Below are positions 1-13,728 of a DNA stretch of 64,000 nt, one piece after another. Source of the DNA: Centroscyllium fabricii (lineage: Eukaryota). The notes under the pieces are model-generated. The model ran no database searches, had not been told where the DNA came from, and saw nothing but the letters and a program-made list of their open reading frames with translations. A program made the position numbers and the translations under genes. Every line of letters begins with the position of its first letter. The stretch's first letter is position 1. The stretch lies in NCBI GenBank assembly GCA_051313645.2, contig JBNRSN020000008.1:105028001-105092000 (forward strand), written 5' to 3'.

Positions 1-1958
1 AATGAGGTGTCAACCTGGTGAGGCTACAACACAGGACTAGTTGCCTGCCAAACAACAGAAGCAACATGCGATAGACAGAGCTAAGCGATCTCACAACCAT
101 CGGATCAAATCAAAGCTTTGCAGTCCTGCCACATCCAGTCGTGAGTGGTGGTGGACAATTAAACAGTTAACAGGAGGAGGAGGTTCCAAAAATATCCCCA
201 TCCTCAATGATGGTGGAGCCCAGCACGTGAGTGCAAAAGACAAGGCTGAAGCATTTGCAACTATCTTCAGCCAGAAATGCCGAGTGGATGATCCATCTCG
301 GCCTCCTCCTGATGTCCCCAGCATCACAGATGCCAGTCTTCAGCCCATTCAATTCACTCCACGTGATGTCAAGAAACAGCTGAAGACACTGGATACTGCA
401 AAGGCTATGGGCCCTGACAACATTCCGGCAATAGTACTGAAGACTTGTGCTCCAGAACTAGCTGCGCCCCTAGCCAAGCTGTTCCAGTACAGCTACAACA
501 CTGGCATCTACCCAGCAATGTGGAAAATTGCCCAAGTATGTCCTGTGTAAAAAGCAGGACAAATCCAACCCGGCCAATTACCGTCCCATCAGTCTACTCT
601 CAATCATCAGCAAAGTGATGGAAGGTGTCGTCGACAGTGCTATCAAGCGGCACTTACTCAGCAATAACCTGCTAATTGATGCCCAGTTTGGGTTCCGCCA
701 GGGCCACTTGGCTCCTGACCTCATTACAGCCTTGGTCCAAACATGGACAAAAGAGCTGAACTCGAGGTGAAGTGAGAGTGACTGCCCTTGACATCAAGGC
801 AGCATTTGATCGAGTGTGGCATCAAGGAGCCCTGGCAAAGCTGAAGTGAATGGGAATCAAGGGGAAAACTCTCCATTGGTTGGAATCATACCTAGCACAA
901 AGGAAGTTGGCTGTGGTTGTTGGAGGTCATTCATCTCAACCACAGGACATCACTGCAGGAGTTCCTCAGGGCAGTGCCCTAGGCCCAAGCATCTTCAGCT
1001 GTTTCATTAATGACCTTCCCTCCATCATAAGGTCAGAAGTGGGGATGTTCGCTGATGATTGCACACTGTTCAGCACCATTCGAGACTCGTCAGATACTGA
1101 CGCAGTCCGTGTCCATATGCAGCAAGACCTGGACAACATTCAGACTTGGGCTGACAAGTGGCGAGTAACATTCGCACCACACAAGTGCCAGGCAATGACC
1201 ATCTCCAACAAGCGAGACTCTAACCATCTCCCCTTGACATTCATTGGCATTATCATTGCTGATTCCCCCACCATCAACATCCTGGGGGTTACCATTGATC
1301 GGAAACTGAACTGGACCAGCCATATAAATACTGTGGCTACAAGAGCAGGTCAGAGGCTAGGAATTCTGCGGCGAGTGTCTCACCTCCTGACTTCCCAAAG
1401 CCTTTCCACCATCTACAAGGCACAAGTCAGGAGTGTGATGGAATACTCTCCACTTGCCTGGATGAGTGCAGCTCCAACAACACTCAAGAAGCTCAAAGCA
1501 TTCAGGATAAAGCAGGCCGCTTGATTGGCACTCCATCCACCACCTTCAGCATTCACTCCCTCCACCACCGGCGCACTGTGGCTGCAGTGTGTACCATCTA
1601 CAAGATGCACTGCAGCAACTCGCCAATGTTCCTTCAACAGCACCTTCCAAACCCACGACCTCTACCACTTAGAAGGACAAGGGCAGCAAACGCATGGGAA
1701 CAGCACCACCTACAACTTCCCCTCGAAGCCACACGCCATCCTGACTTGGACCTGTATCGCCGCTCCTTCACTGTCGCTGGGCCAAAATCCTGGAACTCCC
1801 TTCCTAACAAGATTGTGGGTGTACCTACACCATATGGACTGCAGCGGTTCAAGAAGGCGGCTCACCGCTATTTCTCAAGGGCAGTTAGGGATGGGCACTA
1901 AATGCAGGCCTAGCCGGCCAGCGATGCCCACATCCCATCAATGAATTAAAAAAAAAAT
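1..1958 (+). mobile_element. CR1-clade LINE, RT region and 3' end, disrupted by frameshifts/stops
   Basis: ORF pieces 41-550, 528-770 and 850-1524 give KAMGPDNIP, NYRPISLLS, QFGFRQG, GVPQGSALGP, FADD; ends in CCCACATCCCATCAATGAATT(A)n tail. Confidence 0.9.
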
Positions 1959-2213
1959 TGCCCTGAAGATTTTACTAAATATTATCAGTCTTTACCTAAA
2001 AAGAATCATTGCAGAATTTATCAAAATACTCTTAATTTCTCCTGTCCTTGGTTTTTAAGTTTGTGTGATTTGCTTTTCTCTTTGCGCAGTTTCTATCGGA
2101 GGCCAGCACTCTCCGCCTCTGTTGTCAGAAATAGTTTATCTGTTTTGTTGCACAAGTATGTATATTTTGTCAGCTGTATGTCATGCAAGTTTTTCTTTTT
2201 TTTTATGCAATAG

Positions 2214-2300
2214 CACGAATGCCAGCATCACCATTCAAAGAGCAAAAAACATTCCAAAAAGTCAAAAAAGCATCACAGGAAGCATTCTCGCTCTCGTTCA
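2214..2300 (+). CDS. PRPF40A: PRPF40A coding exon ([29 protein letters not shown])
   Basis: Polypyrimidine+TAG acceptor, GTAAGT donor, 87 nt phase 0; peptide recognised as PRPF40A post-FF basic region. Confidence 0.93.
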
Positions 2301-3254
2301 GTAAGTGCTTCCGTATTGATTTATTTATCAAAATGTTATGGTATGGTGAACCGTTGATATACAGATTGAACACAAACCTATTGATTTGTTATATTTTGGT
2401 CTGTAAATTTGAATGTTGTTGTTAGTCAACTGTATAAGCAGACACTTTAGCCCTGATTTTCCACTGCCACTACCTGTCAAGTTATGCTAATTGGGGACAG
2501 TGACATTGGAATGCCTGTTTCAAACAGGTTGGCGCTTCATTTAAAATACATTTGGGGCTGGGATGCCCTGCACTTCATTTCCTGGTGTTCAGGTGTACAA
2601 GATGTCAATTATGAAGAATGTGGAATGGGCATCCAGGGTTGCTAGGGAATCAACTGTGGCTGTTGCTGATTTAAATGACACAGGTAAGTAAATTTAATGT
2701 TTGTCAATTTTGGTCATTTACCATTTGTTTTTCTTCTGTCAGTTCTGTTCGCACGAGCTTATGTGCTAATTGTTCAATTCCACCCCTACCAAGCACTATT
2801 ACTGGCACTAATGGGTATCACAATAAAACTCCCTCTATCTGAAATGTTTAGAAGAGAAGCATCCATCGATGGACATCAACCCCCGGAGGAAGTGCTCTTT
2901 GCTCACCCAGTGGTACCCTGGCACTTGTGAAGATGAAGTGCCTATACCATTCTTTGGCATACAGTTAATGCATGCAAAGTAAGCTACAACAGCAAACTCT
3001 AAAAAGGCACCACTAAGATATGTGAATGCCAAACTAATGTTGGATGCCTCCATTAGAAGCACCCAGCTAAGAATTCTGATCTGCCATGGATACCTTCTTC
3101 GGTTCAATGGTTCCAGTCGCACCTTGCTCAACATCTTACTTATATAGGAGCTGACTTGCACTGCCCTGTATTTACTTGTGTGGTAGCAGGACCCAGGAGT
3201 TTAACAATGAAACATCCTTGTGATCTGGGTAAGAGCCAGTGTAGATTAGTGAGC

Positions 3255-3422
3255 TCAAAATCCTGGAACTCCCTACCTAATAGCACTGTGGAAGTACCTT
3301 CACCACATGAACTGCAGCAGTTCAAGAAGGCGGTTCACCACCACCTTCTCAAGGGCAATTAGGGATGGGCAATAAATGCTGGCCTTGCCAGCGCGCCCAT
3401 GTTCCATGAATGAATTTTTAAA
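3255..3422 (+). mobile_element. 3' fragment of older CR1 subfamily
   Basis: AAAATCCTGGAACTCCCT...AAGAAGGCGGTTCACCACCACCTTCTCAAGGGCAATTAGGGATGGG matches the 3' end of 1-1958. Confidence 0.8.
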
Positions 3423-4667
3423 AGGGGGGCTCGGTGATTGGGACTTGGGGCTGGTAGGGAATGAAATATGGGTAGTTTTGGATGAGCTATTCCACAGTAA
3501 GATGAAACACTGGCTATAATTAGAATTGTTTCGTTCAATTAGTGCAACTTGTATTTAGATATGATACAAAATGGAGAAGGTGCAACACTGCCCCCATTCT
3601 GGTGGGTCGTCTTATTTAACGAGAATAATCACTGCACCTTCTCCAGGGTAGAACCTCTTCCCTTACAGTCTCTTGTCTTTTCAGCCTTTTCTTCACTGCT
3701 TGACTGCGTGTGCTGGCCTGATTACAAAACCCAGACTGCCTTTGGTGTCCGTGTCTTTTTTGAAAGCCTGACTGCAGTTACGGCTTTTAGGCAGCGCCGA
3801 GCGAAGTCCACCAAACTAACTTGGAATGACTTCTGCTGAGTTCAGTTGAAATAGATTGTCGCAGCAGAAATGAGTGTGAACATTGGATTCAATGGATTGT
3901 CGCTGCAGAAATGAGTGTGAACATTGGATTCAATGATAAATGATCTGTTTTGTCCCTGGAAACTCAGGTTTCTGATGTCCCATCTGAAACATAATACATA
4001 CCCGACAGTCCTGCTGCTCTGCGAATTTAACCCCTTTAAAGCACACTTTAACTTGCAACACATTTAAAAGAATAAATAACTCCTATCCAGATCCTTCTTG
4101 TGGAAAATTGGCCAGAGTCCTGAAACGTGACATACCCCAATCGTATTTCAGTGGCATTAAATGAAAGAAGGCACACTAGGGCATTCAACAGCCAGATTGG
4201 TTGCATTACAGGGTTTGGATCACCAAAGCGTCAAGTGCAGAGCTGTGCTTTTTGCAGCTATTGTGCAGTGTAGGGCTGGTGCATCCAGGGACTGTGGCCT
4301 GAAACTTGGCTCCACGTCCTTGTAGTCACACTGACCGATGAAGATGGTGCCATGGCACCAAGGCTAGCCTCCTCACAAATATCTCATACAGCATCACAGT
4401 CATTTCAGCAGCCATTAAAACAGGATTAGCTGCGAGCCTGCTCCAACACATACCTGTAGTTTTGTGGCTGTTCTTTAGGTTTGATTTTTATTCATTCATG
4501 TTTTCCCCTTTCACCCTTGTCAAAGACAGCTAAAAGGTCAAGATACTTTCTGAGCTTTTCCAAAGGCTTAATGTAACCACTCTAGCCTAAGCAGTGCCAG
4601 AAAATCTAGCCTTATATCTCGGTGTCCTTGCAGCTCAGTTGATAAGTACTTGTATTTAATCCTGTAG

Positions 4668-4764
4668 GGCTCTGAATCAGAAGATGATGATTATCACCAT
4701 TCTAAGAAAAAGAAGCGTTCCCATTCAAAATCCCCTTCAGACCGATCCTCTAGTGAAGAGTCAG
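4668..4764 (+). CDS. PRPF40A: PRPF40A coding exon (GSESEDDDYHHSKKKKRSHSKSPSDRSSSEES)
   Basis: TAG acceptor, GTAATC donor, 97 nt, frame continuous with neighbours. Confidence 0.92.
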
Positions 4765-4851
4765 GTAATCTAAACCTTGCTAACGCTATCATATATAAAC
4801 TTAAATTTTTCAGTCAGCTCAGGTTTTAAATATTTTCTCTCTCATATTTAG

Positions 4852-4913
4852 AGCGAAGTTATAAAAAGTCTAAAAAACACAAGAAAAAGGGCAAAAAGAG
4901 AAGACGCAAGTCT
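4852..4913 (+). CDS. PRPF40A: PRPF40A coding exon (ERSYKKSKKHKKKGKKRRRKS)
   Basis: TAG acceptor, GTAAGT donor, 62 nt restores phase 0; 87-nt upstream intron. Confidence 0.93.
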
Positions 4914-5710
4914 GTAAGTCTCAACTGCATTTAGATTTTCTGTAATTTGCTAGTGTCTGTGGAGATGAGTGATTTAATATCAAAATATTTAAGAACACCT
5001 AAATCATGTCTTCTGATAAGCTGTTCCTTATCTCAGCTCTACCCTTCAACCTTTCTCTGTATGGTTGCTGCTCTTCTGAATTATCCTGTCTTGTAGATCA
5101 TAGTAAAGCTTAGAAGGAACATGATTTTCCGTTTCCCTGCATCTGTGCCTCCTACTCTAACTCATTATTTTACTGGAACTCCTTGCTGCCCTCCCTACTA
5201 TAATCTTCAGGCCATCTAACGCCAAGCTTGGCATCGCCTATTCATTGTTTGATTTACCTAACTTTCTCTCATTCTCTTACCAGTGTTGGTGGGTACTACA
5301 TTTAGTAGTACACAAGAGTATTTGCTCCTTACCTAGGTTTCTCAGTTAACCAAAAATGTTTCAGAGAATTTATTTTAATAGAATATCTTGTTTTTATTTT
5401 TAAAATAGTGTTTCCAGATCATGATCAAACTTGCTGAAATACTTGAAATATTTTTCCTATTGCTTCTGTTTTCTTCTGAGTAGCCAATAGAGTTTGAAAA
5501 TTTAAGGTATTTTGACCTGGAGTGTGTGTAAAATTTAGAAAAGTTATCATTAAGGGAATAACAAAAACATGTAGGAAAAGATTATGTATAAAATTAATAA
5601 TTGTATAGAGCGTTAGATAATACTATTTGGAGCTGAGGTTTTTGTGAATCTGTATGACCAAATGTGAAGGAGGATTCAGCGAGAAGAAATGGAGGGAATC
5701 AAATTTAATA

Positions 5711-6248
5711 CAGGTTGAGCACCGGTAATCCGGCACGGGCGGGACCAGGCCCGTGCCGGGAAAGTGAAAAAAACGGTAGAATGAAGTTGGTCAGCGTGCA
5801 TGCGCGCACCATTCAAAATGGCTGCGCGCATGCGCACAACATTGGAAATGGCCGCCGAACGTCCTTGCTGAGTCTCCGCCGCGGTTTGTGCCTCCTGATG
5901 ACGGCCTGCAGGCTGCTCCGGGGAACCGCGCGCTTCACCATGGCGGGTGCTCGGGACTCGCACATTCAAAACACGGCGCGAGCCGCTGCGCCCTGACGCC
6001 ACGGAAGGCCCGGCTCGTCCTGCGGCCGTTTTGAATGATCTGCGCATGCGCTCGCCGTCCGGCGGCGCATGTGCAGATCATTCAAAACATCCGGCAGCTG
6101 TTTTGAATGATCTGCGCATGCGCTCGCCGGTGCATGCGCAGATCATTCACCGGAGCCTCGATCGCGGCTGCCATTTTGCGCATGCGCAGGGCAGTTGGGG
6201 CGATTTATACCGGACCACTGAAGTTGCAGGCGTTTCGGGTAACGGATT
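5711..6248. mobile_element. Tc1/mariner(pogo/Tigger)-like MITE, one end lost, CpG-rich
   Basis: TA|CAGGTTGAGCACCGGTAATCCGGCAC terminus shared with 13374-13728 and 24251-24589. Confidence 0.7.
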
Positions 6249-6570
6249 TAAAATTTGCCATTTTAGAAGGTAAGTGGAACTGTAGCCCAAAAGCCCTGTA
6301 AGTTAGAGAGATTTGGTTTTCCTTCCCATATTTATGTTTGAGTCAAGGGTTCCAATTAAATGTGCTACTCTTCATCAATTGGAACCACTAGTTTTCTTAT
6401 TTTGCAACTTTTAGTACTTGATTTACAAATTGAATGTGCTGGTCACATACCACGTTATTTAAGAAAGGATAAATTTCAACGCAACATATTGCAGCAATAC
6501 ATAAATCTTTATTTAAGAGTTACAGGTATAATAATGGTGAATGTAACCCTTTTAATTCCTAACTATATAG

Positions 6571-6738
6571 GTGACTCCTGAATCTGAAGGAGAACGAGAA
6601 CGTGATCGTGAACGGGAAAGGGAGAGAGACCGGGATAGAAGAGAAAAGGAAAGAAGCAGGGATGACGAAAAAGAAAGGAACAGACACAGATCGCAATCGA
6701 AGCACAAATCACCCAGAAAAGCCACCAACAAAGACACA
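6571..6738 (+). CDS. PRPF40A: PRPF40A coding exon (VTPESEGERERDR...KSPRKATNKDT)
   Basis: TAG acceptor, GTATGT donor, 168 nt; RE/RD-rich segment. Confidence 0.92.
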
Positions 6739-7254
6739 GTATGTAACCTTTTTATTATTTGAATGATATATAGTGATGTGGATCAATTTAATTTTGGCAT
6801 AAAGCTATGGGACTTTATTAAGTTAGACAAAATGCTTTATAACATCAAAATACCCTTCATATTTATTCTGATAATCGTCCTCAGAATCAATATTTATGCA
6901 AGCTTGCTTTTTCTATGGTTTTAACTTTGTCAGCAATTATCTTTTTCTTCTTTGCTGAATGACAATTCTCATTTCCAGATCAATTGTTGCTCTTTCTCCT
7001 CATTACTGTAACATAAATTAAAATATAGCCATAAAGAACAATCTTGCACTTATCTATGTTGCATTTCATCTGCTGTAGTTAGGAACACAGGAACAGGAAT
7101 AGGTGATTCAGCCCCTCGAGCCTGTTCTGCCATTGAATTAGAGAGTAGCTGATCTGCACCTGAACTCCATTTACTCACTGTTGTTCGTACCTTTTGATAC
7201 CCCTCCTGTGAATTTCACTCCTCAAACTAGTTTCTCTTTCAGGGACTATCCATA

Positions 7255-7970
7255 GAGTCATAGAGTAATACAACACGGAAAGAGGCTCTTCGGCCCATCG
7301 TGTCCACGCCGGCCATCAAACCCGTTCTATTCTAATCCCATTTTCCAGCACTTGGTCCGTAGCCTTGTATGTTATGGCATCTCAAGTGCTCATCCAAATG
7401 CCTCTTAAATGTTGTGAGGGTTCCTGCATCTACCACCCTTCAGGCAGCGAGTTCCAGACTCCAACCACCCTCTGGGGTGAAAAAGTTCCTCCTCAAATCC
7501 CCCCTAAACCTCCCGCCCCTTACCTTGAAACTATGCCCCCTGGTTATTGACCCCTTTACTAAGGGAAAAAGTTCCTTTCTATCTACCCTATCTATGCCCC
7601 TCATAATTTTGTACACCTCAATCAGGTCCCCCCTCAACCTTCTCTGCTCCAAGGAAAACAACCCCAGCCTGTCCAGTCTTTCTTCATAGCTGAAGCGTTC
7701 CAGCCCAGGTAATGTTCTGGTGAATCTCTTCTGCACCCTCTCCAAAGCAATCACGTCCTTCCTATAGTGTGGTGACCAGAACTGCACACACTATTCCAGC
7801 TGTGGCCTTACTAGTGCTTTGTGCAGCTCCATCATAACCTCCCTGCTCTTATATTCTATGCCTTGGCTAATGAAGGCAAGTATCCCATATACCTTTTTAA
7901 CCACCTTATCTACCTGTCTTGGTGCCTTCAGGGATCTATGCACATGCACACCAAGGTCCCTCTGATCCTC
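7255..7970 (-). mobile_element. CR1 (HER1-like) LINE 3' fragment
   Basis: ORF 7440-7787 QFWSPHYRKD...LERVQKRFTR...RRLRGDLIEVYKI; CTATGACTCTAT tail on - strand. Confidence 0.88.
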
Positions 7971-8773
7971 TGTCTTTCTCTGTCCATCTTCAAGTTTTAT
8001 CTAAGATGCCCATTGCCTTAAACTCATGTACCAGCCATTCGTGAAGAATTTTGTTGAGGGTGATTTGGAAGTCTAGGTATACTATATTGGGGCTTTCAAT
8101 GTTTACTTGGCATGTCACTTCCTCAAGATTGTCTGAGGTTGGAATGGGAATGGTTATCTTCAGCATTTTTTTCTAATGATTGATTCCATTGTTTTACCAG
8201 TTGCTGATGTAAGACTAATGTTTCTTAGTTATCTGGGTTGCTTTCATCACCTTTCTTAAAATAGGTGCCATGTTGGGTTGTTTCCAATTCAGTGGGATCT
8301 TTCCCTAGTCTTTTAGGCTCCCTCCCTGATGGTAATTGTCAGTACTTGGTAGATTTCATCCGCCTTGTCCCTTTTTTAACCTTCTGATTGTATTGACACA
8401 GCTCCTAACTTAATGTCATTATGATGGCTCATGTCTACAAGGGAAATAAATGTCCTTGTCCTCAAACACTCCTATGTCATTTGGCATGAGGATTGAAAGT
8501 ATTTAAAAAGTTATTCAAAATGAATGTCTTTCACAAAATAAAAGTACAGAAATTATAACTACCCAGTCTTCCTAATACCATTTACTGAAATAAAAATTGA
8601 GGCATGTGTGGAGAGTGTTTAATTTTTTTAAACTTTTGGTACAAATGAATGGGCATAAACTCTGTTCTTGAGAATCACTGCCTTAAATGAGGAACAATCT
8701 GTATTTTTCAAATTACACTTGATGCTAATGCACTACTAAAATATGGAAGATCCTGATTGCTGGTTGGAACTGA

Positions 8774-8884
<111 letters not shown>

Positions 8885-10103
8885 TTAACACTTGTATGTA
8901 TGAATCAACCAAGTCAAAAGTTGGGTGGGGGCAGTCTTTTAACACTCAAAAGGATTAAATGTAATTTCCAATGCTTTGACACCTGTTGTAATTTTTACAG
9001 GGGATATGATTTTGTGAAACCAGAATAGATCCCTCAAACTTTCTTTCAATATGTGAGCAACAGAGTTTCTTTATTATGTAGATAAATCCTTCTGATTCCA
9101 AGATCTGCCAGCTTAAGTTTGGGCGCATATCATGCTACAGTACTCTATATTCATCATGGGTCTTAAAACTTACCCATAATTTCTTAAAGAGCACCTGTAC
9201 CCTAATTAATATGTACAAGCTGAAGTGTCACTTCTGGTCTGTTTGTGTCCAACAGCAAGCTTCTGGCGTCAGAAACTGTAAGCAGTTCATGTGTGTTTTT
9301 GGAAAGTTGAAGATAAGACGTGTAAGGAAGTCTTCAGAGATTTGCCCAGAAATTGCTTTGCTTGCTTCACTTCCAATTATGGGAGTAGCCAATAACAGTG
9401 AAACTTTAATGTTGTTTGGTTAAACTTTATTTATGCCATCATACATTATGAAAATAAAAAAAATCCTGGGTAATCATAAAGAACATAAATGAACTGGTCG
9501 TGGCTCTGAAGGTAGCCTGGCTCTATGCTAACGTTCAAAGAGAGTGAGCTATCTGCTATTTCTGACACAAATAGTTTTTGTATCGAACTGAGCAAAGCTA
9601 GCTGTGTTGAGAGACCTGGGACCTTTTGAGTTGTCCTTTCAAATTCCTGGCCATCATACATAATTGCAAATGACCTGTTACTAAGTGTATTAAAATGGAA
9701 AGAACATTAGATAGGTGTGCCATAAAAATGTAGCAGGATTTTTTGCTATTAGTAACTCAAAACTAAATTTATTCTGAAAAATCTTGATAGCTTTAATTCC
9801 TGTTTTATTGTAGTTAATTTTGTAATTTCTTCAAGGACATTTTATTCTGATTTGTCTTTGTCCATTTGGAAAACATTAGTGCAAAAAAAAAACTTTGAGC
9901 ATGATGCAGGAAAAACAAGTTTGTACTTGTAGCCGAGTTCATTTTCCCTAAACAGTACTGCAAATTTTATTGTTGTTCTAAAATTAAATTTTCCGAGGCA
10001 TGAAATGCAGCAGAGGGTTTATTTTCCATCTCTGTATATACTTGTGTCTGAAGCGTTGCTCAGAAAGGGAGCAGAATATTTTTGTATGTTTTATCACAGA
10101 AAC

Positions 10104-10109
10104 ATTAAA
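10104..10109 (+). terminator. Candidate PRPF40A polyadenylation signal (ATTAAA)
   Basis: ATTAAA after about 1.2 kb of TE-free AT-rich 3'UTR-like sequence. Confidence 0.4.
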
Positions 10110-11080
10110 ATTTGTTTTCTGCTGAAATCCGTCTCCACTTCTGAATTATTAACTTACTAACATAAACATAAATACCACATCAAACATTATAATCCACTAG
10201 TTTGCATCTCACTTGCTTTATTGGTCTATGACATCAGGAATCAGACGCTGGGTGGACAATTGAGGAGAGCGTTTGCACAGGTGTTTTTACAACCACGACC
10301 TTCATACCTGACCTCCTTATTCAGAGAGGTGAACACAGGCCACCTGGACATCTTGTTGGAATTCTAGGATTATGGCTGGAAATCTACCCCTTCCAGTCCC
10401 AGATGTCTGTCTGAATGTAGATACACTATCACCACTTTAGTACAACAAGCAGTGACCTTTGTTAAAGTAGGGATGCATTTTCAGGTGGATCTATTTCGCT
10501 GCTTCAGAAATGTACATCAAAAAATGTTCCAGGGCTTTGAGACCTTCATACCATAGTGTGTTCTTACAAGATCATGGATGGGGATCGTCCTGTGCTGTCT
10601 TACACGGCCCTGACTTTGGTGTTTCTACTACCCTGTTTTTCCAGTGAGAACAGAGTGGGTAATGAGTGAAAACACAATTGTAAATTAATCCGCTGCCATT
10701 TTTGAGCAGGCTTTCATCTAGGGGGCCAGTGCTGTTGAGAAAATGACTTGGGTAGTTAATTAAAACTTTGAGGGCTGAGTTAGAGCAACCGTCTCTGCCA
10801 AGGCTGAGGCTGTGTTGATCTCCAGGGTTCTTATCCCTTCCAGCCACCTCTTCTGTTGAAGCAGCATGCTGAGATATTGTGGCTGGGCAATGGGAATCCT
10901 GCCCTGCTTAATTAAACACCCCTAACACAGGGAAATAGGTCATGGTTGGAGTAGATGCAGAGAGATTCTGCCTCATCCTGACTTACCCCAGGTGTAAAAT
11001 GTGGACGTTTGTGTTTCTATTGACGGGAATGCACTCCAGAAGATTTCAAGCAGAGACTTCTATGTAGTAGTGTAAAGGTG

Positions 11081-11086
11081 TTTATT
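11081..11086 (-). terminator. Candidate FMNL2 polyadenylation signal (AATAAA on - strand)
   Basis: TTTATT on + strand at the end of about 1.7 kb of TE-free 3'UTR-like sequence below the last exon. Confidence 0.55.
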
Positions 11087-12779
11087 TGACCATTAACAAA
11101 TCTGGGTTCTATTATAGTTTTTTTTATAAAACAGTTCTATTTTGCCAACAAGCAGGAAACTAAAGTACATGAGCAGAACATGCCAACATTCCGGTCACTG
11201 ATCCAGGACAGCATAAGATTCTTCACTCAAATTTGCAATTTTTAAAATTTAACTGCTGTGGATTAACTTAGAATTTATGATATTGCTAAAATTGAACACT
11301 GCACTCTCCTTATTGTCAACTTCCTTGTTTACTTTAACTTCCTTGTTTACTTTTTACTTGTCGGTGGACAAAGGACACAATCTTGGCATGTTCTATGCAT
11401 CATATACACACCGTGTAGAAAATGAAACAAAGCAGATGACTTTTAAAATTAAGTTTACACTGAAATTGTAAGCAGAAGTTAATCTGGTAATGATGAGCCA
11501 AACCTTGGTCACTGTCATTTTAGTTAAATATAAAAACAGAACTATAAGTTAAAATAACATTCAAATTGGATAGCACAGGCTGTCGCAATATTTTTAAACA
11601 ATATGTACAATATTACCCAGAGGCTATAGAGTGAATCAAAGAACTGTAAAAAACCATAAAAATGCACTGATTTCTTAGCAAAATATCTGTACATTTAGGA
11701 CAGCTTTATCTAAATATAACTACACATTGTTCAAAACAAAAAAATAATGCCAGTCACAAGTGGGTCACATGAGCCAAATGCAAACAGGAAGGAGTTCAGT
11801 GGTTAAATACTATACAATAAACTTTACAATCAACATGGTGAGGCAATGCAACCAAGGAGATTAAAATATAAGCCAAATGGGCACATTTTCAGAGAAGTAC
11901 ATGAATTCAATTTCTACTTCAACCTTTGAAAATTGTTAATGTACAATTTTACACCTTTGTGTCCAGTAACAAATTTCTACTTTTGGTCCTCAGACGCTTA
12001 ATAATACTGTTTAATTAGGGGTTAATACCTTAGTCATATCTACAAGTTTTTTTCCCAGTACTCCATACTCGATGAGTATATAACATTTTCTTTCAACGTT
12101 TGTCCTCACGATGCATTCGTAGGCCTGTTTGTTTCATTTCTTTTGACACTGCTGGCAAACAAGATAGTACTGTATCTGGTGATCATTGTAGATTGGTCAC
12201 CTGTGGTGAAGAGAGTTACTTCTCTATTTAAATTACCAAATTTCACAGATTCAGTGCCTTGGTTAGATAGTGCCAATACAAACAAACAAATTGTGTGCAA
12301 TGCAAGTACAGTGTGCAGTCTTCAAATGAACTCAATAACATTAACTGCCTTGGCAGTTTATGGCAAGCTATTCCACATGCATTAATCCTTATCTCCACCA
12401 AACACCTCTACCCATTTTTCTTGGATTTAATATTTCATGTCAAATTTAAAACCGTTTAGAGATCACACTTAATTTTTAGTTTACAACCGTGTTAAAATTT
12501 ATTGAATATAATAAAACTTATCAATTGTTATCAACAGTTACACACTGCAGCAGTGCTGTGCTGTGTAGCTTGAGAGGAATTTTTACATTGAGGCACTTGT
12601 TAACTTGGGCTGAATAAATCTGCTAGCCCACACAGATTGCCTGTGATTCTTCCTCTTGTCTTCACTCCAGTTTCCAACAGCATGCCACGCTGATAGTTAC
12701 GTGGTAACAAACAACGCACGCTTCACGCAGACACCATATCATTCAAACACACTCATACTCTCAACACTTTCCTTCTCCA

Positions 12780-12889
12780 TCACAATGCCAATTCAGTGCT
12801 ATTCACTGAGCGCAAGTTTTGTTCATCGAAACGTCTTCTCACACTTCTTCTCACCGCATCTGCACGCCTGTACGGTTGGTTCCTAAGAT
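12780..12889 (-). CDS. FMNL2: FMNL2 distal terminal exon (DLRNQPYRRADAVRRSVRRRFDEQNLRSVNSTELAL*)
   Basis: CAG acceptor, phase 1 matches exon 21235-21358, TGA stop; matches known FMNL2 C-terminus DLRNQPYRRADAVRRSVRRRFD. Confidence 0.93.
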
Positions 12890-13373
12890 CTGTGTAGAAA
12901 TGAAGTCCTAATTAAGATGATGTAAAAACACAACGGAGAAAAAGAGGGAAATGTTTTGTTGTGAATGAGAAGACAATCTAGCAAAGCAGCTTGTGTGTGG
13001 TGATCAATCCCAGAAAGTATTCAAGTACAGGAACAAGCAAGAAATATTACCATATCAAAAATACTGACTGCTCTGCAGAATTGAATAACTCCCATTATCC
13101 CTATATTTGCGTGGAAATGCCATTTTTCTAGATTTTGTTTTTCTTGAAGCTTTCATTCAGTTTTTAAACTGGATTATTTCAAGCAAGAGCCAACCTAATT
13201 AAAAGGTGGTAATTTTCAATAGCTAACTGCGCAAACAATCATTTCTGCCTAGTCACATATGCTGTATGTAATGCACTGTTTCATTCATTCATTACAATGA
13301 GTATATTTCAATTGTGGTATGCAGCTTCTCTATAAAACTTTGTAAAAAAAAAAATGTATTTATATAATATATA

Positions 13374-13728
13374 CAGGTTGAGCACCGTTAATCCATTACC
13401 CGAAAAACCGGCAACTTTGAACATCCGGCAATAATTTCCCCGACTGCCTTGCGCATGTGCAAAATGGCCACCGCGATTGATGCTTCGGCGAATGATCTGC
13501 ACATGCGCAGATCATTCACAATGGTCTCTCCAAGCCGAACGCGGGTTGGGCCGTGACTCCCCGAACGATAAGCACACGCACAGACCACTCAAAATGGCCG
13601 CCGGTGTTTCGCGGTGGCCATTTTGAATGGTCTGCGCATGCGCTCGCCGAAGCTTCAATCGTTCGGGATTTTAACTTTCCCGGCACGGTCTTGGTCCCGC
13701 CCGTGCCGGATTAACGGTGTTCAACCTG
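13374..13728. mobile_element. Tc1/mariner-like MITE
   Basis: TIRs CAGGTTGAGCACCGTTAATCC / GGATTAACGGTGTTCAACCTG in TA-rich site. Confidence 0.8.

Noticed and set aside
2835-3161. Possible Harbinger transposase remnant (RRRYP..)
   Set aside because: Too degenerate to support without a profile search
3864-3935. 46-bp tandem duplication
   Set aside because: Simple local duplication with no further structure
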